DNA of 64,000 nt from Anthoceros angustus (Eukaryota > Plantae > Anthocerotophyta), in NCBI GenBank assembly GCA_010909165.1, contig VJWM01000253.1, forward strand, positions 62,001 through 126,000, written 5' to 3'. Below are positions 24,304-36,235 of the stretch, piece after piece. The position numbers were made by a program, and so were the translations under genes. The first letter of the stretch is position 1, and each line of letters begins with the position of its first letter. Under the pieces are notes generated by a model. That model did no database searches and was not told where the DNA came from. It saw only the letters and a program-made list of their open reading frames with translations.

Positions 24304-27300
24304 TCAGCCCATGAAGCTTGTCCCACCAGCGTTGATGGGGTCTTCGGCTGCTCCGCCAGCCACAAGCTCCAAGCCAGGCAGCTGGTAGCTCTGCTCGCTC
24401 CCGGGGACACTGTCGGAGTGTCGGAGTCCCAAAGTGAGGGAGACCACGCTCCCGCTACCTCCGCTGGCTCCGACGGAGCCGAACCTGCTGCTCCCCCCAG
24501 GCCCGAACCTGCTCAGGCCTTGGAAGGGGCCCAAGCTCGGGATGGTGCTGCCGCTCCCGCTCACCCCCTCTAGCCCTGGGGCAGGGCCGTTGCGCGCCTT
24601 TTTGCTGGCGCGGGCGTCCTCGTCCAGCCCCGCAGGACCCTCCGAGCCCGAGGCCAGAGTCTCCTCCATTGGAGACTCGTCCTGAGGAGCAGCCGGTGCC
24701 TCCTCCAACGCGAGAGCTGCAGCTCGCTGCTGGGCTGCCTCCTCCTCCTTGCTCTCTTCCAGGTACATCTCTTCCACCATTGGTTTCCAGAGACGTACCC
24801 GGGCGTTGATGAACCAGTTCGAGACCTGCACAGCCACAGCACAGTTCTTAGGCGTTGCGAGCGAGACATGTACAAACACTAGCTCTTCAGACAAACCATT
24901 TGCTGCCACAGAAACAAACCACAGCTGTCTTGAACAGCAAGCACTAGAAAATACAGGAGAAACGCTGAAGCACGCATCTGAACACAGAGAATTTAAGTGA
25001 AGGCTCCAAATGAAAGGCCTTCAACAGGCTGGACATCTTGTACACCAAGTTTTCAATTCAGACAAACCATTGCAAGTAGAAGATGTACTCAGTAAGAGCA
25101 GAAGTTACCTGGCTCCTTGTAAGCCCGGTCTGACGGGCCAGCGACATCTTGTCCCCATCCTTAGGATAGCTGCATTCACAACAAGCCAAACAAAAAGGGT
25201 CAAGACAGCTGTAGGGAAATCAAGATCTAACATTTGGTGGATATCATGTCATTCAACACTTCAGCAATAGCCGGTTCAATAGCCAATAGCCGGTTCAATT
25301 GGCATGATATTGACTTATTGGCTTATGACTTAGCCAATTATTAGCTCATTCAACACTTCAGCAATAGCCAGCATGTTCAACACTTCAAAATTATTGCCAA
25401 TAATTTTGAACGTGAACGAGAGCATGTGAAGGAGAGAACTTACGGATGGAGAAAGTGCTCAAAGAGCCAGGCTCGGAGGACAGTCACAGCCCTCTCCGGC
25501 AGACCCCGCTGGGGTCTCCAAGCATGCTGCTGGAGCATGCCCAGGTGCTGCAGCGCTCTCTGCTGCCGGAGCTGCTGGTCCACGAACCTGAGCCGAGGGA
25601 TCTCCCCTCGGGTCAGTGTGAGGGTGGGAGCGTCCTCCTCCCCCAGCAGCCTGTTGCAAACCCGAAGCTGCCCCTCGATGGTGTCCCTCAAGCCTCGGAA
25701 GTGCCTGGACATGGCCTCGAAGGCCAGATTAGTGTAGGACTGTGCAGCGCCCTTTCCGAGAGCCACGTCCATTGTGGTGATCACCACACGCATCTGCTCA
25801 GAATATCCTCTGTACGTGCCGTCAACCTGTGTATGCCACCGCTCACGAAGTTTAGTAACATGTAGAGTCGAGTGGTCAGACCTGTAAAAACATTCCTGGA
25901 CCAGACAATGTCACATGCGATCAGGAAGCGCTTGTGCCCATGCTCGAGAATGGACCCAGTGATGTCCCGTGACAAGCGGTTGGCAGCCACTAATAAGCAA
26001 GAGAGGTCACAAGCTTGAATGACAAAGCAAGCCCTCCACTTTCACATGAACAAACTGCTGCACGTAGACTCTTGCAAGAGCCGGACAAACTGGTAGGACT
26101 GATACAAAACGAAGATCAAACAAGCCAAGACAGTTCTCAAAACAAACCTCAATATAAGCAGAGCTAGCACGATGATACTGGTTGTCCAGCTGTAAGATGA
26201 AACAGATTATTCAAAGCTCAAATGTGTGAAGCACAAGTATGAAAAACCCAGAGCAATGAATGCAGAGAACATATGGAGTCAGCTCAAAATCAGACTGGTG
26301 TTAACAAACACCGGTGTTGACAAACACCGTGAAAAGGAAACTTGAACATTTGAAGAGCCTTACCTCCTCCATCATGCCGGTGAGCCTGGCCTTCTTGGCC
26401 TCAATCTGAGACCTCTGCTCCGGCGTGAGAACAGGAGGCTGGGGGGCAGGAGGTGGCCCGTTGGAACTCTCTCCTTGCTGGACTTTAGCACCACCTTCAG
26501 CGGCGCTGTCTCCAACCGCTCCCGCCTCCACAACAGCAGCCTGAGGAGCGGCAGGCTGCACAACAGTGGGTTGCAATGCAGCAGCAGCGGGCTGCTCACG
26601 CTGCTGGGCAGCTGCCCTACGGTGTGCATTGCCCCTGAGCCTGGCAGTGCAAGGAGAGCATATCTCATGGAGCAGCTCCCGGCCTGCTCTGGCATAGGTG
26701 CCTCGTAAGGTGAGAAGGCGGCCGAGAGGAGCAGCCTCCACGTCCACCTGACGGTATACTTGCTGTGGGCCAGAAGAGTTGTGAACAATGTGGCGCAAGA
26801 CAGGGAAGGGCTCCCTAGCATGGGGAGGGGCAGGGGTGCGGAAACGACTGAGAGAGGGATTGACACCTGGGTTGGACGGGCCAGCATGGTCGTGGAGAGA
26901 CAACCTAGCCTCAGCAGCAGCGGCCAGAGACATGACATCGGCGGGTCCAACAGCAGCAAGCTGCCCAGGAGCGTCGAGACAGGAGCGGCCTGCTTGCACA
27001 TTGGACTGCTGCTGCTGCGAGAAGAGGGACAGGGAGAGCCCCTGCCCGCTCCCCTGCACAGCGTCGGAGTCCGCCATGGACAAGCGGCCTTGGAAGGCCG
27101 AGTGTTGCTGCTGCTGGCTCTGTGCTCGACTCCGCTGCAGAACTTCGTAGTGGGAGAGCTGCTCCGCTACAGACTGAAAGCACTGGCTAGACTCCTGAGC
27201 AGACTCACTGGAAGGCAGGAAGGTGAGCTCCGTGTTCTCATGTCGCCAAGACCCGGAGCTGGTGGTGTAGCTGAATGGTGAAGCTCCCTGCCCGAGCTGC

Positions 27301-28721
27301 ATATTTGTAGCCAGGCTGAGGTGCTGAGAGGCGGTCTCGTCCAGGGCAGAGAGATGCTGTACTTGCATCCCTAGGCCTGCATTGCCCTGCCCCATCGCCG
27401 ATGCTTGCAACGGCAAGTTGAGGTAGCTGGGTTGGGACCCGCCGTGCCCCTGCCCCTGGCTCCCGCTCCCGTTCCCGCCAATTCCGAAGTCCGGATTGCC
27501 AGCTCCCCCTGAGCCCGAGGCCACCATCAAGTCGCTCACGCCTCCAGAGGCATCCGCGAAGCCCTGCCCATTGTAGGCGCTGAGGTACAGCTGCATCGCT
27601 GTATCGGAGCTGAATCCTTGCGCGTGGACCGACCCCGATCCCGATCCCGATCCCAGGGCCGCTGCAGCTGCAGAGCTCGCCGGTACAGAGTTTACGTTGC
27701 TGCTCCCAAACGCAGACAGCTCCTGTACGCTGTCATAACTGGCCTGGGCCCCGACCCCGTTGTAGAAAGAGGCTCCAGCCCCGTTCCCGTTGAAGAGCCA
27801 CAAATTGTTCCACCCCGAAGCCCTGGAGTCGGCATTCCCCATCGCCATGCCCTCCGCCTCCTGCTGCTGCTGGCTCGCAAAAAGCAGGCTCCCGGGCGTG
27901 TGAACAGTCTCGGAGCCGTGATCTCCCGCCTGCTGCTGCATCGCCAACGGCATCTCGCAGGTCACGCTCACATGAGTCTTGGGCAGCTGGCTGTGGTCCT
28001 TCTGCTGCTGCTGCAGAAGCGAGATCCTGTAAGCCTGAGAAGCCAGTTCATCGTCGTAATTGTCGTTCCCGGCTGGCGCGTGGAGCTGGGCTCCGCCATT
28101 ATGGCCCCCGTCGTAGCCCCTGAAAGCCCCGATCCCGTCTCCACCATGCCCAGAAGCTTCTGCCTCCTGGGAGTACTGCTCCCCAAACCTGAAGCTCCCG
28201 GGACCCCCCGGGTCCGCATCACCCCGGGGCGAGGACCCGCCCGCTCCGAGCTGCTCCCTCTGGTACTGCAGCTCCAGCATTCTGGAAGCGCCCAGACTGC
28301 TGCCTGCCACCCCGTCGGCCCACTCCGGCTGCGGACCCCTGCCCGCCTCGGCTCCCAGGCCCTCCCCTGGCCCACCCTGGTGGCTGTACCCGGCAGGCAA
28401 GAAGTTGTTCATGCTGTAGAGCAGCTGTTGCGTTGCCGCAGGGTGTTCGCGGAAGAAGTAGGCATTGGCCGCGTCCTGATCCTCCAGGTGCCGCCCCGCG
28501 TCTCTCCCCGCCATGGCCGCAACCCCGCTCACGTCCTCCGAGCTCTGATACAAGCTTGGGCCTGAGAGGAAGGAGAACTGCTGAGTGGCCCCGGAGCCCC
28601 GGTGGCCCGAGGCGTCTTCCTCCCCGTGCCCGCCCTGCAGATGCCCCGCCAGGCCGGTGGAGTCGAAGGTATGCCGTATGTCGTATCCCGAGATGGACTC
28701 CGCCACGCCAAGCATGCTCAT
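24304..28721 (-). CDS. BELL: BEL1-like (TALE) homeodomain transcription factor, about 1107 aa; exons 28721-26364, 25826-25444, 25169-25109, 24825-24304
   Basis: SKY-like box ([17 protein letters not shown]), BELL/POX domain ([23 protein letters not shown]...[13 protein letters not shown]), homeodomain [67 protein letters not shown], and ZIBEL motifs GLSLSL and VSLTLGL. Canonical GT-AG introns, including the typical 61-nt homeobox exon. Start codon inferred. Confidence 0.95.
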
Positions 28722-30029
28722 GTGCTGCTCCACCGTCCCATCCTGCCACTGCGAAGGGCGCTCAGTCCAAAGACAGTGTGAGATACGTAGGGCTCTGCTG
28801 GTTGGACATACACACAACGTCCATAGGTGGTCTGCCCTACTTCAAGCATACAAGCTTTGCTTGCACAACCTCTTGGATCAACACCAAGTTGGGAAGCTTT
28901 CTTGCAAGCAAGCACGAGATTTGCCTCTCGAGGCACAGATCTCGAGACACACCTCAAAGAGCAACAAAATCAAGGACGCTGTATGCATGCAGTAGATCTC
29001 CGCAATAAAGAATGCTATCTCTAGCAATATTGTATGGTAACTTACAGAGGACGGGTATGGCGGCCCAGGCTGGCTGTGGCTCCCCGGGCCCGAGTGCGAC
29101 CCCATGGTGCCCGCACCAGGGCGCAGGGTTGGAGATGGTGTAAGCTTGGATGAGATATGCTGTCCTTGGGCTCCACGTATGTCAAATTGATGGAATGCGG
29201 AATCGGCTCCGTCAAGCGGGAGCGGTCTGAAGCCCACGGCAAGGGAAGCGAAAACGCAAAATGAGGAAAGCGCAGGCAAGCTTGCGTAAAGTGAGCAGGA
29301 GCATGCCTAGGCAAGCTCCAGACACAGAATCCAGTGCCAAAAACAACAGCAATTCCAGGGAGCTCAATTAGCAAGAATGTGCGATGCGTTTGCAAGCAGG
29401 ATGGCTTAGAGCTCAGTTTACCGTCCTTGTGGCACAGCACGGGTGGGAAGCGTAGTTACCTAGAGCCACGAAGCCCTCACTCCTGGCGCAAGACACTACA
29501 AACCAGCAAAACCGACGCTACGTCACTCAGCTGGGAGAAAGCAAAGCATGCACAGTCCTCAGCACAAGAAGCGAATACCGCAGCGTTCAGAAACGCTCTC
29601 CATTCACAGACAATACAAGTCTCAGGGCCCGCACAAGCTCGCAAACAACAGCCTCATGGACCAAACAGCAGGCAAGATCAAGAGCTCTGCGTGGCGGCAG
29701 CTCGCGCAGGGATCCAACCGTGGGAGTTGATGTAGCCACCGGGTAGTTGAAGCTTGCAACGAGCCAGCAGCCGCAGAGACAGGCCTGCCCGTCCGGACGA
29801 GCAGCAATGAGCAGGAAAGAAGGTGCGGCAGCGGGAGAGGCAGTCACGCAAGCGGGAGGCGGAGGCAGGGATGGGGTCTGGGCAGCGTGATCCGTGGGCG
29901 GAGCTGGGCACCGGATCCGGATGGGGCGCAGGACGGGCCGGGCCGGGGAGTCGGGACGCAAGCTCGCTCGGGAGGCCAAGGCGAGAGATTGTGAGAAAGA
30001 GACCACGGTCCAAGACTATGAAAGGGAGA

Positions 30030-30092
30030 GGGAGAGGCGGAGGAGAGAGGCGGGGCCGCGGGGACGAGAGACGAGAGACGAGAGACGAGGCC
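30030..30092 (-). promoter_or_regulatory. Pyrimidine (CTCGTCT)n tract, likely near the BELL TSS or 5' leader
   Basis: gagacgagagacgagagacgag and flanking GA runs on the + strand, about 1.3 kb upstream of the BELL start. Confidence 0.35.
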
Positions 30093-33049
30093 GCCATGGC
30101 TGCGCGCGAGCTTTGGACGCTGACCGTGCCGTGCCCTGCCCCGTCTACTTACTCCCTAATCACCACGCTGATTCAATTAACCTTTCCCTCCCTTTACGCC
30201 CAAATCCATGCGCCATCATCCAAAGCCCCCAAATTCCCGCTCTCCGCACCATTGCAAAGGCCACCAGTGATATCCATTTGCAAATAGTGAGTGCAAACAA
30301 CCATTCCTTGTACGAAAGATTAATATGCATACTCAGATAGATTAGTTATAATATAGAGTAACATAACCGAACATAATATTCTAAAGGAACAGCATTCCGT
30401 CTCATTCTCATTCACTCTGCAGGCTTTATGTTCCCCCTCGTGCATTCTCGAGCCTTGATGGCAGTGGATTGTCCAAACAAACAGGGAGAATGGACCGGCC
30501 TGGTTTGGCCTGGCCTGGTCCGGGAGCACGAAGGGTTAAATGATCTCGACATTGATCTTCCATTCGCCATCACGCCCGTTTCTTTCTGTACACCATGCAC
30601 TTGGTTGCACTTCATGATTTTCTTTTGTTTTCTTCTGTTGTCCTTATTGTGCAAAAGCCAAAAGCGTTATGGGTACTTCACTTCACAATCACTCTGTACC
30701 ATAATCTTTTTATTCTGAAAAAGACAATTTTAGTTTCATTCTATGACTCCGTAGGTTATATATATATAAAAACTTTTACCACCTGATTCTTTACTTTGAT
30801 TAATAACCTAGATAATCAATATAAGATAAATCTCATAGCAAAAGCATGTTCCCCTTTAGGGAAAGAGCGGAGCAGGAGCAGTGTCTTTTTACTGTGACCG
30901 GTCAACGCGGTCGCTCATCGGTCACTGAATCCCTGTTAAGGCGTCGAGTGACCTGTCGCTCCAGTCAACTGCCACCCACTGCGGTGAAAAGTGAAAACAT
31001 GTGCGTGGCGCTACGCCACCGACTGTGACGTCCACGGCGACCGGGACCGGCAAAAAGGCTCCACCCCTGCATGTTTCGTGGTCGAAACCGTTTCTTTCCA
31101 CAGCCCTGCTCGAAGGCCCGGGCGGGCGGGCCGACACGCCCTGCTCCTGGTAGTGTGAACCCGGCAGCTTCCCACGCGGGCACGGCCGGTAACCACGCCT
31201 TCAACCTACCTCCACCTACATTGCCTACTTTCCCAACCAAACCATCGAAAGATGGAGTGAAAGACGTTCCGATGTTTATTTACAGCAACATCGTCTCTTA
31301 GCAGGCCACGACGTTGCCGGGGGGATGGATCGAGCCCGGGACTCCCGCGTGATACGCGAGAACACTGACCTAGTGACCAGAGTTCTGGAGAGTAAGAAAA
31401 TTAGTGGAAATTATACGCTCATATTATCCAGTGCGGGGTCCCACAGGACAAGTGCGCCAGAGGTGCAACGCGGTAGCTGGGAACTGGGTTTATTGGAGCA
31501 CGCAGTTTGTGTCTGCCGGTACACTACTGCTGTACGCAACCATGTGTGGGTGCCAGTGTGTACAAACCGGCTGTCACTGGGCCACCTGTCAGCCCTAGGG
31601 TTTGGTTTCGTCGCGACAGTACAATGATAGCATGGGCCTTGGCGCGGCCCGGGGCTGTGATGGAAACCAGTTCCAGTTACGGGCGACGGCTGATGAAAGC
31701 TACCGTGTCGCATAGAGGGAGGTGACGTAACGGCAGGGTCGCTCACTCAAGCTCCGTTCCGTTGTCCTCGGCGGCCAGCGCCCAGTGCGCGCACGAGCAC
31801 GGAGGCAGCCGGGCCCCCGTTCCGTCCGACGCCCACTGTGGCCCGCTGTGGCCACTGACTGGCAAATCCAGGTCGACGTGACCGGAGGCAACCTGTTGAC
31901 GCGACGTCGGAACGCGTGAGCGCGGGCGTTGCCATCAGCCGGCCACGGGCTGCTATCCGGTCGAGTGGCGGTCCCCGTCGCCCCGGTTAGCCCCACAACA
32001 CGGATGGGACCGCGCACCAGAGCAAGGATTACGCCAAATACGCCCGAAAATGACCATTAACCCGGGGAGGACCCCGGGGCGGCGACCGCCGGGTGTTGGC
32101 CCTGTCCCCGGGCGCCGACCGGTCCATCAGCCACAGCCCTCTTTGTTGCGAGCGAGCGAGTAAGCGAGCTCGCTTGTTGCCTGCTCCCATCATGCGGAAG
32201 GTGGCGCACACTGTTTGAACGTGACTGGCTCCCAGACCAGCAAAGCCCGGCCCAGCTGGGTCACCGACGCACTCCGCTTGTCCTGCAACTGGGCGCCATG
32301 GCCGGGCTCTTTTGCTTCTCCACTTGCCCTTTTCTGCACCGTCCCTTGATTCCCCTCAAAGCAGAGGAGAGCCTGGTGGCGCTGGCAGCTTGAAGTACGT
32401 CCGGTGATACCCCTGTCGCCGAGCTATGACGGAATCCCCGTATCAGCTGCCCCCACTGCATACTGGAGCGGAGGCCTGGACCCGTCTGGAACCTCAAGTA
32501 CTCCATGGCCTACCACATAGCCAAGATTATTCTGCACCCTTCACACTGCCGGCTCCGAGCTTCGAGCTAGTATGTGCGAGTTCACTTTCCGAGCACTATG
32601 CACGTCCACCGAGTTATACTCATCCTCGCTAGCTATCGCACGAGAAGTCCATCGCCCATCCATCACCTGCTGCTTGCAACCCACGAACGGGAATTTTTGT
32701 GGGCTGTAAAGATGCCATTGCCCATCACCCGCTGCTTGCAACCCACAAAGGGAAATGTTTGTGGGCTGTAACGAGGCTTTCAGTAAGCTTTTGAGGTTAC
32801 TTAATGATTCTGATCAAGCGCTGACAAGTTTACGGGAATGAGCATGAGAAATGATCTGTCGATCTGCATACAAAAGGTTGATGGCCTTTGGTATTGGGAC
32901 AGGAAGGTCCTGTCACAAGTCATGGAAGAAACCACCTGAAGAAGTGGACCTACAGGCTAGCAACAGGTGTGATATGGATAGCCAGAAGCTTGCTTGCTGG
33001 GCGATGCTTGCATGTTTGTTGTGCCCTTTGCGGCATACTGGGCGGTTAG

Positions 33050-33390
33050 CATAATGGACAGGTGTTGCCAAACGGGGCACCACACACAATTGATGGTCAC
33101 GGACTGTTGCACCAAATCACCATCACCATTGGGGGGGCTCACAGGTCTTGACAAGCATGTTGGACCCACGACATGGACCCTGGAAAGCACCTCTCCAAAC
33201 CACGACTTCAGGCGGTGTAGGTGAAAGCAGTGCGCAGCAGCATAGCAGACTACACTCCATGAGCTCAGTGCAGGAAGAATCCAGAAGCCTGGTATCCTTG
33301 TACAGTGTGAATCCATTCTCAAATGCCTGTCTCCAAGTGAGGTCCCTCTCAAGAGAATTAGCCCTGATGCACCTGCTGTACATTTTCGTC
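33050..33390 (-). pseudogene. Degenerate RING-H2 E3 ligase fragment (RIN2/HRD1-like)
   Basis: AHCFHLHRLKSWFGEVLSRVHVVGPTCLSRPV resembles HLFHLxCLRSWLDQGLxxVYSCPTCRKPL. Other frames are broken. Confidence 0.3.
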
Positions 33391-34197
33391 GATTATCAGC
33401 AGTGCTGCAGGCGGGGAGGGCAGGAATCGGGGCCGGGGCTCAGCAATTGCGAGAAGGAGGTACATCCACGGTGCTTGCTTCCAGGCTGCACTCTGACAAG
33501 CCAGCCAGCGGAGGCAGAGGTGGTGGGTGGGTCCAGATTCGGTCCATCAACCAACCCGCCACCAGTTCCTGTCCTTGCGCTGCGCCATGGCTCCATCAGT
33601 CATGAAGCCATGCCATCCAGAGACGTTTGCGATTAGCCCGCCAGCATGCCGAAGATTCCAACTTCCACGACCCGATCAAGCCCGCTCGTTTGAAACTCCG
33701 CGCCCGCGCAGGGTACAGGAAACGGCTCCCTGCCCTCAATTGAAGAGAATCCCGCCGCGGATTTACCCGCCTCTGGAAACCCTAACCGTAGATTACTTGG
33801 CGCAATACGATTCAGTTGAGGTGCCAAAACGGAAGGGTTTCCACACCGTTGAATGCCATCACTCGTGAGAAGCAGCCAGATGGTCTCCTTCCGACGGAAC
33901 ATGTGAGTGTAGCATCTCCCACGATGGTCTGACAGGTACTTGTACACCAGCTTCCTGTGGCCGTGTGAGAGACCGAGTATAGAACTGCAAGACGCGTCGG
34001 GGCCATGAGACGATCTGAATGCTTGGAGGTCGCTCACCGGGCGTTGGGGCGGAGCAAGTTGGAAGAGAAGAGGATCTCGTTCTCGTGGGCGCCGGGCCGT
34101 CCGTTGTCAGTGGTTAGTCTAACAAACTAGTCTACTGGTTAATCAGCCTAACTCCTAGCCTGTCCCAAACCTACCTAGGCATGCCGTAAACTAGGCA

Positions 34198-34591
34198 TGT
34201 TCTCAACTCAACTGCTGCTGATGGTGAGTGAGACGCAGGTTGGTGTGAGGGTCCTGCAGGGAGAAGGAGAGATGGCGTCTGACAAGAAACGTTTGGGACA
34301 GTTTGAGCTGATTGGGCATTCCCCCTTCTCCTCGTGACATGCGATATTGGTTCCAATGGGATTGTGAATATCTCTGGTCGCGACAAATCAACTGGTAAGG
34401 AGCAAGCCATTAGTATCCGATCTTCCGGTGGGCTCACGGAATCAGAGATGGAGTCGATGGTGAGGGATGCAGAGCAATGTGCTCCGAAAGGTCGGGGACG
34501 GAAAAAGCTTTCGGAGGCAGAGAATGATGCTGAAACAGCTATTCACTCTCTCCAAAAGAAGGCCAAACTGCCAGCAAACGTTGTCGACGAA
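34198..34591 (+). pseudogene. HSP70: Mitochondrial HSP70 C-terminal gene fragment
   Basis: FST..AADG..TQVGVRVLQGEGEMASDKKRLGQFELIG / VTCDIGSNGIVNISGRDKSTGKEQAISIRSSGGLTESEMESMVRDAE matches the mtHsp70 substrate-binding and lid region. Several frameshifts, no N-terminal ATPase domain. Confidence 0.88.
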
Positions 34592-35059
34592 GTGTGTGTT
34601 GGCTCATTCCAAGTTATGTATCAGGAGGTGATCACATTCATTGGTTAAGTGCCGAGCCTCATGCTTCAGAAGCTTGGAGGTGGGAGGTTCTAGAAACATT
34701 TGAGCGTCATCCGATTGCACACTTGTCAGGCAGGAGATCTTTTGCGATCGCCTCACACACTGCCACGGTATGGTATCACATGTGTTCGATGATTTTGTTC
34801 AATCCAGCTTCCACAAGTGTTCACTAGCCTGCACAGGCACAAGTGTACAGGACAGTGATCCATGTAGGTTTTGAGATGGAAAAATGCTGACAAGTGTGCT
34901 TGTGATGTGGTCAGCCTGGATGGTCCAGGCTGGCATGGCCTGACTTGGAGACTGGGCCTCCAGTGCGAGAGAGGCCTTTGGAACCTGTACAACAACAGGG
35001 TCTGCACTGGGCAGAGGATGTTGGTTCGACATCGATGGATGCGAGAAGGAAGGTCCTTC

Positions 35060-35350
35060 CAGCCCCGTCCCGTCCAGTCCAGTCCAGTCCAGTCCAGCCC
35101 CAGCCCCATCCCGGGGCCGGGGAGCCAGACAGGGCGTTACATCCACATGCGGGGGGATCTAGGGCGAGCACAGCGACCTCGTCCCGGCGTCCAGTCGCGA
35201 TTACAGCGACCGTCCATCTCCATCGCGGACCGGGCGGCGGGCGGGGCGAGGGGCGAGGGCGAGGGCGAGGGGCCGGGAGATTTTGCCGTCGCCGAGGGCG
35301 ATGGCGATACTGGCGATACCAACCCAATACGATACGATACGATATGATAC
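35060..35350. repeat. Cluster of short SSRs and a G-run array
   Basis: (CCAGT)n at about 35075-35098, eight G3-4 runs at 35232-35277, (GATAC)n at about 35325-35350. Confidence 0.8.
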
Positions 35351-36235
35351 GGGCGCCAGGGCTGTCAGGCGGGGCAGGTAAGAAAAGCGGGAGTTACTAC
35401 GAGCGCGGGGCGGGGCCCGCCGCTCCGACTGGCTTGCGTCAGGCGAGGCCATCACGTACCGTGATGGCGACGCATGCACCGCTGCGATTCGGCCGCGTGG
35501 CAACGTGCGTGGTTAGGTTGTGTGGTCAAACGGGCGCCCGGTTGGGTCAAGCCGTCGCTCTCGCTCGCCATGTGACCACAGTCACCAGAGTGCGGGTCTG
35601 GGAACTGCTTTGGCAAACCCTTTGCCAGGCCAGGCTAGCTGCCAGTTCCGCTTTCCGTCCCGTTCCGTTGCCGCCGCTGCAGAAGCGCGGGTACCGCCTG
35701 CGGGTCCTGCCAGGCTCCACCCCTCGATGGCTGTCGTTGGTCGCCGCAACTGGAGATACCACTTCCGCCAAGCGAACCTACAAAAGTCTCTCGAGACATC
35801 ATATAGCACGCTTGCTATGCTACAAGTGGCACATATCATATAAACAATAAAGAGCAATTGAAAAGGATGATAGAAATAAATTTAAATATGTTTCTATATG
35901 ATCTAATTAGACATGGGAAGGAAGAGGTTGTCTCTCCTCTTCGAGGAAAAATTCTTTAGGAGGCCACAAATTCTTCTAGACCATTCTGTAAAAATTTATA
36001 AGGGATGGTAAACAATCTTTAAAAGAAATTTGAAAATGTGTTGTGTGCAAGTGTGAAGGTTGGAAAACAAGCAGAAAAGGGATGTAGAAATTGCATAAAC
36101 GACAAAAAAGTGTACATGAAAAGTACTTCGGAGTTACTAGGAAAAGATCAAAGTAGAGGCAAAGAAATGCATCAAGTGAAAGAGAAACTTGACGCAACTA
36201 GAAAAAAGGTTCATTCCCTCTAAGTGATAGGGTTG

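Noticed and set aside
27618-28565. 315-aa plus-strand ORF and other ORFs overlapping BELL exon 1
   Set aside because: Antisense or alternate-frame shadows of a GC-rich exon.
28722-28817. GTG-initiated N-terminal extension of BELL, and the read-through to 26301 in the ORF track
   Set aside because: The upstream part looks like an intron end (cttcgcag acceptor) and the downstream part is intron 1 after the GTAAGG donor at 26363.
34945-35850. 301-aa plus-strand ORF
   Set aside because: Runs through SSRs and G-runs, is low complexity and has no recognisable domain. Expected by chance at this GC content.
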